41,934 nt of DNA from Porphyridium purpureum (Eukaryota), in contig VRMN01000020.1 of NCBI GenBank assembly GCA_008690995.1, positions 124,001-165,934 on the forward strand. The letters run 5' to 3'. Shown here piece after piece: positions 10,701 to 20,968 of this stretch (positions within the stretch are counted from its first letter, which is position 1; each line of letters begins with the position of its first letter). The notes below the pieces were generated by a model. The model saw only the letters and a program-made list of their open reading frames with translations. It searched no databases and was not told the DNA's origin. The translations under genes and the position numbers were made by a program.

Positions 10701-12125
10701 CTTGATTGGGCGACTTTGAACCAACCAGTGGTGCCTTGCCTGAAGGCTTTGTATGGTCTGCCGGCTTCTGGCAGCGTGTATCAAGTTGACGCAATGAGAA
10801 AAATGTCGGCGCGAGGATGGAACGCAATGGAGACGGAGATGAACACTTTTTATCGCGAGATCAACGGGCATAAGTTGAGTCTGACTTTGTATGTCGACGA
10901 CGGCATAGTTACAGGGCCGCGTAAAGAAATCTGCGAAGTCCTGGACGAACTGAGGTCGGACTTCAGCATCACGAAGCCGGTGTGCTTCATCAATGCGGCG
11001 ACGAAAGAGGTGCCCGCCCGTTTCCTCGGAATGAATCTGTTCCTTGAAAACAACAAACTCATGCTCGAAAACAGCACCTATGCTAAGCTGATACTAGCGA
11101 GATACGTCGAATACTGCTTCAGCACAAAGCCAAGAAAAGTCACGACTCCCACCGTCGACACTGAAACCATCAAGAAGCTGATTGATGAAGGAGCGGCCAG
11201 TGGCGGGGAGACAGCACCTTGCACAGGTTGGCAACGTGAAGCAATAGGCCGGCTGCTATGGTTGGCGAGAACGTCGAGGCCAGACATCTGTTACGCGGTG
11301 CACAGGCTCGCAACGTTCACGGACAAGTGGGACCAAGAAGCCGACGCACGATTAAGGAGAATACTCGCGTACCTTTACTATCACGTGGAATCTGTGCTGT
11401 GCCTCGAGGGCAACCTACGTGATGGGACTCCAGATCTTTTATTGTTCACAGACTCGGACTGTGCAGGGTGCCTGCGGACTCGAAAATCAACGGGAGGATG
11501 GTGCGTTTTCCTGCTGGGCAGGCTTGTCGACTGGAACAGTAAGAGGCAAGGTCGCGCTGCCGTAAGTTCTACCGAGGCAGAGCTGGTTGCTCTACATGCT
11601 GGGACAACGCGGGGACTTCTTCCTTGCGCAAGCATTGTGCGCAGCTTCTTCGGAAAGCAGCCGAGCTCCTCGACCTTCATCGACAACGAGGCCGCGCGTA
11701 GTGCGGTCAAGCGCGGCTACTCTACAGCCCTGAGGCATCTGGAGAGACATGACGGGGCAAGGCTTGCGGTTCTGAATGAAATATACGATGACATCGATGG
11801 CTCCGGTCTGTACTTCACACCGTCAGCAAGTAACATAGCAGACATTCTGACGAAGGACGTGAGCACTGACGTTTTCCGGCGTGCAAGAAAAGTTTTTCAG
11901 GTAGGAGTTGGTGTCGAGGGGGGGTGTTGGAATTCGACAACCCACTCCAACTCAAGAGGCACAGTTTCAGGTGACACGGTTTCGGATTACGCGGTTTCGG
12001 ATTGCATGGTTTCAGGTGGCACGGTTTCGGACTACACGGTTTCGGATTGCATGGTTTCCCGTGAAGACGATGAGCATAAAAGGGCGAGTGGAGCGCACGG
12101 AAGACGCGAGAGGCAAGAGACATAG
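7773..12125 (+). CDS. Copia Gag-Pol polyprotein (start at ATG 7773 or 7794)
   Basis: Gag N-terminus LNPYNYATWKTQM; zinc knuckle CFRCQSEEHLIREC; protease IIDSGATSHM; integrase zinc region WHGRFCH...CTAC and DDE core (HTDICGP, RSDNGGEF, GRAERLNRTL); RT KARLVAQG, LKALYGL, YVDD; RNase H FTDSDCAG, SSTEAE, IDNEAA, NIADILTK. No internal stops. Confidence 0.97.
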   Translation: MVSSLGNMDSGMARLNPYNYATWKTQMKMRLLEKQVWSAVVPLTEGVEDSSTGTDNMKALGLIGSAVEPALVSHIAHVESARDAWNVLQSVFQMSGAARGASLRRELHAMKLKAGQAINEYVAEAVRLRNEFIIAGISIDAQELNQALFAGLPGEYAIAEHMALVGGAQALESILPSLLLAEASINLKSEPRSAGEHGHGVALMAPSRQPRRQRRRLTCFRCQSEEHLIRECPHPPTTGAPYSSTHGTSHARLSLEPDAAIGSRNGEVVLACRVAVTRSYADVCAGRMAQSGRVAEEPAATSAFRAGNFTDAFHLDDQAKRCGFIIDSGATSHMTPNLELLCKTAPCEKNILVADGRRLTASLEGSVILGDGVRLDRVLYVKDLEASLLSVRQVVASGASVSFNEDACVISKGGRTVLTGTRSKLDGLYRVRETRKAFAASMTADKHWLWHGRFCHPSPSALQKTMSMVDGVDAEIVGEKVSMQESCTACLESKHSRRVFPATGTRAQAPLDLIHTDICGPISPPAHDGSKYFITFYDDATRLSVAQPIKNKDESFAVLTRTLKYLERQSGRKVRRIRSDNGGEFVSRKMEEWFADNGIAHELAPPYTPQMNGRAERLNRTLLEKLRTVLRASGMGKQLWNEALLAVNHARNRTAVDDLTCTPWQAFFGRRPDVSHLKVFGAKCIVLDTQAEKLDPRGKAGRIVGYGTRPHVYRVHLNEGIVVSTNVRVVSENGDPMQTTMGQVDCEDEDQDIPLDDEEASTESSIATVESGGVPTPSTPQDDSLGIVRNRVRGWQTETPSAFIKSTRSGRDIRMPTRYRADLCFLTQLVIDPDMLASKEAISARHRELETIKRFKTWEPTQVMEKREAEKIPGALFVRVKFVHALKNSELDGQAEWKARLVAQGCVVRDATGRNVKDELEFPYVAPASLLAVKSNLVLARALGHDAGIFDFEAAYLGARLTGPPIFLILPREAWDLDWATLNQPVVPCLKALYGLPASGSVYQVDAMRKMSARGWNAMETEMNTFYREINGHKLSLTLYVDDGIVTGPRKEICEVLDELRSDFSITKPVCFINAATKEVPARFLGMNLFLENNKLMLENSTYAKLILARYVEYCFSTKPRKVTTPTVDTETIKKLIDEGAASGGETAPCTGWQREAIGRLLWLARTSRPDICYAVHRLATFTDKWDQEADARLRRILAYLYYHVESVLCLEGNLRDGTPDLLLFTDSDCAGCLRTRKSTGGWCVFLLGRLVDWNSKRQGRAAVSSTEAELVALHAGTTRGLLPCASIVRSFFGKQPSSSTFIDNEAARSAVKRGYSTALRHLERHDGARLAVLNEIYDDIDGSGLYFTPSASNIADILTKDVSTDVFRRARKVFQVGVGVEGGCWNSTTHSNSRGTVSGDTVSDYAVSDCMVSGGTVSDYTVSDCMVSREDDEHKRASGAHGRRERQET
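7774..7789 (+). promoter_or_regulatory. Primer-binding site, probably for initiator tRNA-Met
   Basis: TGGTATCATCGCTGGG directly follows the 5' LTR. TGGTATCA matches the canonical iMet PBS start (plant TGGTATCAGAGC). Confidence 0.8.
11916..11924 (+). promoter_or_regulatory. Polypurine tract
   Basis: GAGGGGGGG immediately 5' of the 3' LTR. Confidence 0.9.
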
Positions 12126-12274
12126 AGGCAGAGGTTGTTGGCTGAAGGTATAGAAGTAAACGGTGCTCCATTCGTTTACGCGAGCGAATCCCCGGCGAAG
12201 GCAGAGAGCCTGCGCGGTGCGCCGGGCACGGAGGACGAGTGGCGAATTGCGCGAACGACGAGCCATTTTCAACA
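11925..12274 (+). repeat. 3' LTR (350 bp)
   Basis: Same sequence as the 5' LTR; followed by TSD TGCGA. Confidence 0.97.
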
Positions 12275-14767
12275 TGCGACTCCGTAATTAATGAGCGGAA
12301 GAATCACAGAGCTGAAAAGGGTCTTGAAATTAGGGAGTGGAGTGGCAAGTAGCACTCGCTTCGACGCATCCGTGGAACGAATGACTCGCGGCTCGCAGCG
12401 CAGGGTCGCAATCTGAGAAAGAAGTCTCTGCTGCCGATGAATGGATTCGATGGCAGTGTTCGGGTCGTTCACCGCAGGGCTCAGCGCTTTCAAGGCCACG
12501 TCCGTGATCTGCTGCAGTCCAAATTTGACGTCATCCTCAGTGGAGCGGTCTTTGCCGAACTGAACACACGAAAGAATCAAGGAGGAAAGCAAGGCGCGGC
12601 TAATTCGCACGTGCGACTCCTCCCGATAGAACCAAATCCACGCGATGTGCGTGCCCTTTGCGATATATGTCCCAGGTCGCGGAAGAATGCGAATCCCGAA
12701 TGCCCACTGTTGCGCCATACGAACGAGGGCAGTCTCAGAAACACCTAGCAGGTGGCCGTTCCGGCGCGCATGGAGCTTGTAGGCCCCTTTGGGAACAACA
12801 GGAAGCGTAACCGACGAATCTTGGGAGTTGTGTAAGTCCGTTTTAGAACGATGACCCATCCAGTGCCATTTCCTTCTTTTTCGATCTGCGTTCGTTTCAA
12901 ACGGCGCATGGAAGCGAGCCACGGCCCTCTCAGTCTCGAAGGCGACGTCATCCATTAGCTTTGAAATACGCAAACTCCTCACCACGTAGTGGAGATAGTA
13001 GACCAAGCCGAGCACCGTGGCTATCACGTACAGCACCAGAACATTGACAGCAACCGACGGCACGAAAGGATTGTGCTCAGCCGTCTCCGTGCTTAAAATC
13101 CCCGCAAACGAAAATGCAAACGTTCCCAGGAAAATGCAGAGCACAATTTTGGTCGCGAGGCGGTTTGTCAAGCCCGTGAGCATCCTCGATGAATATGTCA
13201 CACTTGCCACCTGGAAGGCCACGATGCACAGCGAAAACAAAATAGCGGTCAAGCTCAGCGCAAATCCTCCGACATAAATGAAAATGGCCAAGGCGTCCGA
13301 AGCGGTGCCGTTGAAATACCACACCAATGTGTCGCCTCCTTCCTTGATACCAGATGACCCCAGCAGACAAAAAAGATATCCAATGATAAAATTCAAGCCC
13401 AAAGCAAGGATTGGTAAGACCGCCATTGAACGTCTGGACCAGCGCAGTACATAAAAGGCTCGAAGCGATAGAAATACGGATAGGCGCTGCATTGCCAGCG
13501 ACATTCGGAATGACCATGTCAAGCCGGGCTCACCTTCAGCATCCTGTTGAGGACCTCCTCTACCCCGCCCGCGCTGCGGGATACCAAATGACGACGATGA
13601 ATTATCCTGCGCAGCCGAAGGTGGAGGCGCTTCTCCGTAGTCTTCTGCCCGAAATGTCGCAACATTCTTCAGCACCTTCGCTTGAAGTGAGGCAAAGTAA
13701 TCATCATCATCATCGATATCTGTCCGAAGCGACGGGGATCTGTGAGCATGCCGATTCGACATAGTTTCACGCTCCGTCGGACTCCGATCTCCGCAATGCG
13801 GTACTTGGCATTGCTGTCTGTCACCCGTGTATACATTGTCCATCATGGCCGCGCAACGGACTGCTCACACGCTTTATCGTTTTACGGTGGCCAAGTGACT
13901 ATCGAACGACGATCTTTCAACCGCTTTCTCCTCTAGCCACGCCATGCACCTGCCGACTTGTTCACTCACGAAAGGTTCAACGTCCTCACGTCGCGGTCGG
14001 TGCATGGTGTGTGCAACACGTGCAACGCGGGTCTCATTATATGGGGGACCCCACGAAGAACTCCCGTGTCGGACGATTGGTTTCATAGTTCGAAACAAGA
14101 AATGATGAGAAACAAAGCGGCGATGACAGTGATAAACACCCCCAGAACCTCATACTCGTTGCTTCGCTCAAAGCACAGCGCTGAGAACGTGGCGCATTGT
14201 GCTAAGCGAAAATATAGTCCCAAATTCAGAAAGCCAAAATAAAGACCAAAGCCGTTAGCCATCGCCGCCGCTCGCGGCAATCTTGCGCCAGCTCGTGTCC
14301 CAGCGCACAAAGGTGTCTGCTCTCGCTCCTCTCGTCTGCCGGAGTGGCAGTGAATTGTGGTGTCAGCGTGCGCGGGATGACAAATCAATGCATGCTCGGG
14401 GTGGTCATTTCGACGCGCCGTTATCAGCACCGACAAAGGATTTCCACACAGCGAGCCGAGGCGAGGCACCATGTGTCATGTGTCTGCTGTTTCACGTGTG
14501 TGTGCCCCCCTTCCGCAATGCAGCCGGTGCGCGGCAGAAGGCGCAAAGCGGCTGCTGGGTGGAAATCGGTGCTCGGCATAAGGCACTCCCGTTTTTTTTG
14601 CTCAACGAGGCTTCGATCGGAAATATATTCGCAGCAGGACGTCCTGCCTGGGAGCACTGCCAGCGTGAGATCAAGCACGCAAGTGCGAATTCTTTCGACG
14701 CAGAATTTGTCGCGTGTCTGCAACGCCGCTCGCCGCGTGCCACACCGCAGACCAGCGACGCGCCGCC

Positions 14768-17700
14768 CTTTCACATTTTCGAATGCGCGAGCGGGCGGAA
14801 ATGGATGGCGCGGAGAGCAGGTGGGCCGCGCGATGCCGCGTCCGCGCGCAGGGTCGTGCGGGATGCCAGCACTTTAAATGGACCGCGGGCGCGCGCTTGG
14901 CTAGTTGAGCGCACAGCCGCAGGACATTTGGCGAACGAAAGGTCAAAAGAAACACGGAATGCGGACCGCAGTCTTGCGGCAGACATTGAAAGCTATGGTT
15001 TCTGTTTCGAATACGTAGATACCCGACAATTTGTCCCCACAAAGGCGCAAAGCATCTCGCCGCGTGGCCCTTGTTTCATTTTGCGCGTCAATACCTTTTC
15101 GTTTGAAACAGGGTCCATGGTTCAATACGTACACCTTTCTAGGAGGACCTGAGGCCGGGAGCGCGTGGGGTGACTCGGAAACCACCACCGAGCAGATTGC
15201 TCGGTCCGACGAAGGCGAGTTCAAGACCAAGGCTTTCTCCATCGTTGTGAAGAGCTTGTTGTTACACCGATTTACAGGAAAGTCTGTGGAACTGGTGTGG
15301 ACGCCGCCGCCGCCGCCATGAAGCCAATGGAGCGCGCAGAATAGATTCCCAGGACACTGGCGGATGATTTATTAAGTTGAGGAGAATGGGACAGGGAGAT
15401 CCGTAAAAAATATCCATGCATAAATGAAGGACCAGATGCTATTATGCGGCAATTGAACGCGACTATGCCTGTTCCAACAAGGCGCAGATGCCGATCTTTG
15501 TGGCACCGGCTCGTCCGGTTTGGCGTATGCATGCCCGCAAACTGCTGCATTGATATGAGACATGCTCTGGCGCTTCCAACGTGTATCGCTCCTGAAATCG
15601 TAGTTTGTACAGAATGACAGCGTCTCTCGCCGCCGACTTTAATCAAATGCATAGCTCGCGACTAAAGCACTAAATATCAAACGCATTCACGATCTGCCGC
15701 TGCGTCATCCAGCGTTGCGTGAATCGACCGACACAAACGCACTTTGGCGATGTCCCACTATTCAAGATCAACAAAAGACTCACGACAGTCAATTCCTTCT
15801 GCCTGGCAAGTGTCTTGGGCGTCGCACTGCGCGGGATCCACCTCGGTGAGCTCTGATGAACCGGCGAGGCTTGTGTAAACCTTCGTCTCCATAACGTCCT
15901 CTTTCCCCCTCCTCAATGTGGCCATGGCTTTCTTTGTAGCATGTTTGATGGCATTGTAATTATGGTGATGGTGCTCGTACTCTTTGCAAGCCATCTTCAG
16001 CAAAACTTTCATGTGACTTATCACAAGCCCAATGCGAGATTCCAGCTCAGCCCTACTGCTCTCGTTCACCGCCAAAGCCAGCTGACGGTTGATGGCGTAG
16101 CCAATGTTGCCCAGCACAAATTGCAATTTCCTTGCGACCTGGACGTCTGCGACTCCGTAATTGATGAGCGGAAGAATCACAGAGTTGAAAAGGTTCTTGA
16201 AATTGGGGAGTGGAATGACAAGTAGCGCTCGCTTTGGCTTAACTGTGGAACGAATGACTCGCGGCTCGCAGCGCAAAATCGCAATCTGAGAAAGAAGTCT
16301 CTGCTGCCGATGAATGGCTTCGATGGCGGTGTTTGGATCGTTGACCGCAGGGCTCAGCGCTCTGATTGCCACATCCGTGATTTGCTGAAGTCCAAATTTG
16401 ACATCATCCTGGGTGGAGCGGTCTTTGCCCAGCTTGAAACACGAAAGAATCAACGAGGAAAGCAACTTGGGGCAAACATTCGTTTTTGACCCGTCCGTGT
16501 GAAACCAAATCCACGCGATATGTGTGCCTTTTGTGATGTACGTCCCAGGTCGCGGAAGAATACGAATCGTGAAAGCCCACTTTTGCGCCATACGAGCGAG
16601 CGCAGTCTCAGAAACACCTAACAAGTGGCCGTCTCCGTCGGCATGAATTTTGTAAGCCCCATTGGGAACATCCGGAAGCTCAACCAACGAATCTTGCAAG
16701 CTGGACAAATCCGCTTCATGACGTTGTCGCAACCAGTGCCATTTTCTTTCGTTCCGGTCCGTGTTCGTGTCCAGTGGTGCATGGAAGTGAGCCACGGCTC
16801 TCTCCGTCTCAAGCGTAACATCATCCATCAGCTTTGAAATACGCAAACTCCTCACAACGTAGTGGAGGTAGTAGACCAAGCCGAGCACCGTGGCTATAAC
16901 GTACAGCACAAGGACGTTGACGGCCACTGACGGCACGAACGGATCTTCCTCAACCGTCTGTGTGCTCAAGATCCCTGCAAACGTATACGCAAATGTCCCC
17001 AGGAAAATACTGACTACCAGCTTGGTCGAGCGACGGGTTGTCAAGCCCGTGAGCATCCTCGACGAATACGTTACGCTTGCCACCTGAAAGGCCACGATGC
17101 ACAGCGAAAAGAGAATGGCAGTCAAGCTCAGCGCAAATCCTCCGACATAGATGAAGATCGCAAAGGCGTCCGCAGCTGTGCCGTTGAAATACCACGTCAA
17201 TTTGTCGCCCCCATGCTTGATGCCAGAGGAGCCCATCAGACAAAAAAGATATCCAATGATAAAATTCAAGACCAAAGCAAGGACAGGTATGACGAACATG
17301 GAACGCCCGAACCAGCGCAGAGCGTAAAAGGCGTTCAGCGATAGAAAAACGGATAGGTGCTGTATTCCCACCGACATTCGGAATGACCACGTCATGCTGT
17401 TCTCCCACTGCGCGTCCCCTTGAGGACCTACTGCACCTCGCGCGCGCTTTGGGAGCCAAAACAACGACGCTGACTTCCGATTTGCTGCTAAAGGCGGCGG
17501 CGCTTCTCCGTAGTCATCTGGCGGAAGTGACAAAATATTCTTCAGCACATCATCTTCCGGTTCATCGAATACAGAATCCACACAGCTGTCTCTGTGAACC
17601 GAGGGTGAGTTCTTAGCCTTCTGGTTTGACTTGGTCTCACGCTCCGTTGGAGTCGTACCGTCGCTGTCCGATTCTCGGAATGGCTGCCCCTCACAGTTGC

Positions 17701-18340
17701 ATATGCTGTCCATCATAGCCGCGCAACGGAGGGTTCACGGTTGATTTTGTTTGTGGCAACAAAGTGAGTACCCGATGATAAACTTTCAACCCTTTTCTTC
17801 TCTGGCCGCCCTGTGCACCTGCCGACCTCTTTGCCTACGAATAGCCCAACGTCTTCACGTCGCGGTCGATGCGCAATCGCTATGGCATGCGCAGCGCAAG
17901 CCTCTTTATAATGGGGACCCCGCAAAGAACTCGCAAGTCGTGCGTGACGATTGATTTCAGAACTCGAAAGGAGAAATGATCATCGACCCTCTTTGTTGCT
18001 AGCAACGACACCGAGAATCCCCACTACGCCTCACTTGTTCTTTGCTTTGCTCCGAGTCGAGTGGCAAGAAAGAGAACAATTATCCTGCGCAACTTATATT
18101 CGCGAATTCCGAAAGGCAAAGCGCCATCCAAATCCGTTAACCATCACTGCCGCTCGCGGGAATCTAACGCCGACGCGCTTCCAGACGCGCTAGGGCGTCT
18201 GCGCGCGTTTCGCATGTCCGCAAGAATGGCTGCGAATTGTGGTACCACTAAACGCCCTTCCACACCGCAGCCAGCGCGGCAGCAGCCGGCACAAAAGCAG
18301 CCGGACGCTAGAAATCGGTGCTTCTCATAAAACACCCCTG
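14768..18340. repeat. Tandem segmental duplication, copy 2
   Basis: Colinear with copy 1 once the retroelement is removed; period about 3.87 kb. Confidence 0.85.
15758..17716 (-). CDS. DUF2254-family predicted membrane protein, intact copy, 652 aa
   Basis: TM helices plus the motifs FQVASVTYSSR, FLGTFAY, PGTYITKGT and QDDVKFGLQQITDVAIRALSPAVNDPNTAIEAI, typical of DUF2254. Intronless. Confidence 0.9.
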   Translation of the reverse strand: MMDSICNCEGQPFRESDSDGTTPTERETKSNQKAKNSPSVHRDSCVDSVFDEPEDDVLKNILSLPPDDYGEAPPPLAANRKSASLFWLPKRARGAVGPQGDAQWENSMTWSFRMSVGIQHLSVFLSLNAFYALRWFGRSMFVIPVLALVLNFIIGYLFCLMGSSGIKHGGDKLTWYFNGTAADAFAIFIYVGGFALSLTAILFSLCIVAFQVASVTYSSRMLTGLTTRRSTKLVVSIFLGTFAYTFAGILSTQTVEEDPFVPSVAVNVLVLYVIATVLGLVYYLHYVVRSLRISKLMDDVTLETERAVAHFHAPLDTNTDRNERKWHWLRQRHEADLSSLQDSLVELPDVPNGAYKIHADGDGHLLGVSETALARMAQKWAFTIRILPRPGTYITKGTHIAWIWFHTDGSKTNVCPKLLSSLILSCFKLGKDRSTQDDVKFGLQQITDVAIRALSPAVNDPNTAIEAIHRQQRLLSQIAILRCEPRVIRSTVKPKRALLVIPLPNFKNLFNSVILPLINYGVADVQVARKLQFVLGNIGYAINRQLALAVNESSRAELESRIGLVISHMKVLLKMACKEYEHHHHNYNAIKHATKKAMATLRRGKEDVMETKVYTSLAGSSELTEVDPAQCDAQDTCQAEGIDCRESFVDLE

Positions 18341-19299
18341 ATTTACTAGACCATGCTCGTCTCGGAAACATCCACGTACTCTTTCGACCTGTCCCACGTC
18401 GACACAGGAGGTTTCACACATGCTCCTTATTTCCCGCGCATGACAAAGCATGCCGTGCGACTTTGGCCAGCGACCGTGGTCCTGGAGCCGAACGGCGGCC
18501 GAATTCTGGCGCTCGTTGTGTGTTTAGTTGGTTTTGCCGCGCGGCGATCGATCGTGACTCACAGCGTAAGCAACGGCACGTTTTCGCGCTGTGGAAGGCG
18601 GCGTTCACAACACAAGCGACGTGAGCTACAACTTATTTTTCCAAAGCACACAGTCGGCCCTTGTCACATTTGCGCCGACTCACTCGCGATATTGCGCGCG
18701 ATGAGGCGCGGCCACTACCCGTGGAACTCGTATCGCGAGCCTGATGCAAAAAGCAGACAGCCGAATTCAAAAGGCGGCTCGCACTGGCGTTCGAAAAACC
18801 GGCGCGCGCAGGAGAAGAGAAATTGATGGAAAAATCGGTATAAAGCGCGGGGGCTCGATACTAGTTTCGACGTTTCTGTCAACTCGGTGTTTGCGGTTCG
18901 GGAAAATCGGAGATAGCGCGTGGGGGGCAGGGGAGGTTGGCGTGCGACGAGGTGGGAATCCACTGGAGAGGCATGATCTTTTTGTTTGGTTTCCGTGGTG
19001 GATGTGTATCTCTGAACGGCTCTGATGGAATCATGATCGTCAAGCCGTTGCTTGGACGGCAGCGGTGAGCGAGCACCGGCACCACACGTGTACGATGGGC
19101 TCATTCTTTGCGCCCGGCAGCCGCGTCCAGCTGGGGAGTGAGACGCCGCCCGACTTGCAGCGCGCCGCTCAAAAGGCAGATGGAAGCACTGTTGCGGCGA
19201 CCGCGAACTGCTTTTCTGGACGATATAGAGTTAGCATCCCATAAAATTGGAAAAGGATCCGAGCCGCGGTGGTTGCTGACGTCAAGCCGGATCTCTGGC

Positions 19300-20968
19300 G
19301 CCTCCGGTTCGGGTGTAGGCCCTTAAATCGGAATGCTACAATCTGTGTGAATGAGAAAGTCCGCCAAACTTCCACGCGTTGCTGCGAGCGTCAGAGGATA
19401 CAAAGAGCAAGTGACCTGAGCCACCGGGTCAGTGCAGAGGTTCGTGCCATTTACTCAAGCAAAGCATACAAACGCTTGCGCTGGTTTCGCGATGAGAAGG
19501 ATGTTGACTGCAAACCAGGGCTAGTGCGCATAGATCTCAGTTGAAACCGTGAGCTACAGCAGTCGCACGTTATCGCAATACTTGTCCGGCAGATGGCGCT
19601 CCATATTCGGCGCGTGCGTGACGTGGATGTTGTTGAGTGTGATAGATAAACCCGCGACCATACGATTGCACTTGGTATGGCGTCGCGGATGCCGGGTTGC
19701 ACTGCATTTTCGTGCCTTTATTTTCCTGCTTGTGCGCGCACGCGGTGACCGTGGTCGCGGACTTTGCACAGCAGATGCAATGGTGTGTGTTGCCACGCAT
19801 GAACTTGATATTGTCAACACATGCGATGGATCGGGACTCATACAGTACTGCGCCGTGGATAAGTAAGCCCTGTGCTTCACGCACCTCTTACACTTTGCTT
19901 GTTTATTGCCGCAGCGAAAGCCGGATCTGGTTGTTTCGCCGGCGGTCACACACTACCCCGTACTGCGGCTGGGTGGCCGCCCTGCTAGGATGATTTGCTC
20001 AAGCTGGCGACTAGAAGGCGTAACTAGAGCGCGGTAGCGGTCATGTGCATTGTCGACAAGCACAAAGTTGCGTCGCTCAAAGCTCAGTCCATGAGAAATC
20101 CATCCACATCCACGAGTCGGGGGAGAAGTACGCACCAGCTGTGGTGGTTGCCACTGGAGCAGCGCTGTCGCGAAGTCCGCTGTGATTGCTACTTGTAGAA
20201 AGTCGCTTGAAACGCTCGTCTACAATGATTGCAAGACTAGAACCCAAGCTCGATGCCAAGTCCAGCAATCGATGGCGAATGGCTCACGCTCGTCACGTCG
20301 TGGTTGTCTACTCTTGTGTGGCGCGTCTGTGGCCTCTTTTCGAAAAGAGTCTCACAAAGACCAAGCCCGCTCATGGTTTGTGAAAAGGTACTATGCGCTC
20401 TACATGTATAGGTCTCGGCAAGCCAAATATCCGTCTCACGAATTGAAACTTTCAAAGCGGCTTCTTTCCGGGATTGTTTTGCCCAGGGCGTGAGTCCTCC
20501 TTGTGTGCACCAAGCTGGCTTGACAATGATTGCACAATGGCCGCGGGGTCTTCCGTGTCCACCAGCACCTTATCCCATCATCATTGTGCCCTTCGTAGTA
20601 CAATCATAAGGTCAGCTCTTCCACTGGAGCGTCTGTATGAACTGGTCGTTTCGCGCAGCGTGTGTGTGGCTATTGGCTGCTGAGGATCCGAACTTGCGTG
20701 TTCGGAAATCGTTGTCGGGGCGCAAGGAGCTAGTGCCCGAACTTGCTGCCGAGAGCAGCGGCAGGCGCGAGCTCTTGATGGTAGCTGGACACCGGAACGT
20801 CCTGGTAGAAACGCGCAACAGATCGCCAGGACAAAGGCATGACATCACCTTTACCACGAGGCGACGTAGGGTTGACTGTGAACTGTGCGTAGACCACGGA
20901 TGATCGGAGTGTTGAACAGGCATGCCCGAAAGAACCGTGGGGATGGTGTTACCGAAGGTGAGCGCCAT
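19300..20968 (-). pseudogene. Decayed gene of unknown family beginning MALTFGNTIPTVLSGMPVQ
   Basis: ATG at 20968 with a TATA-like TAAATAAA about 90 bp upstream. A 118-aa first segment is followed by stop- and frameshift-interrupted protein-like pieces (WDKVLVDTEDPAAIVQSLSSQLG...; RRNFVLVDNAHDRYRALVTPSSRQLEQIIL). The 3' limit is uncertain. Confidence 0.35.

Larger units (their letters stand above)
7424..12274 (+). mobile_element. Complete Ty1/copia LTR retrotransposon, 4851 bp
   Basis: 350-bp LTRs with TG...CA ends, 5-bp TSD TGCGA (7419-7423 and 12275-12279), PBS, PPT, and a single ORF in copia order gag-PR-IN-RT-RH. Confidence 0.98.
7023..13846 (-). pseudogene. DUF2254-family membrane protein, copy 1, split by the copia insertion (N-part 12275-13846, C-part 7023-7418; 655 aa when rejoined)
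   Basis: Removing the element and one TGCGA copy restores ...LINYGVA|DVQVSRKLQF in frame, matching paralog 15758-17716. It carries the DUF2254-type motif DVKFGLQQITDVALKALSPAVNDPNTA and 4-5 N-terminal TM helices. Confidence 0.9.
6045..14590. repeat. Tandem segmental duplication, copy 1 (about 3.7 kb of aligned sequence plus the inserted retrotransposon)
   Basis: 6045 ctttcacattctcgaa aligns with 14768 ctttcacattttcgaa. The DUF2254 genes align. Upstream 14260-14590 aligns with 18142-18340, with an indel of about 145 bp. Confidence 0.85.

Noticed and set aside
14283..15152. 289-aa plus-strand ORF
   Set aside because: It spans the junction of the tandem duplicates, its frame is not preserved in the other copy, and its composition is not protein-like.
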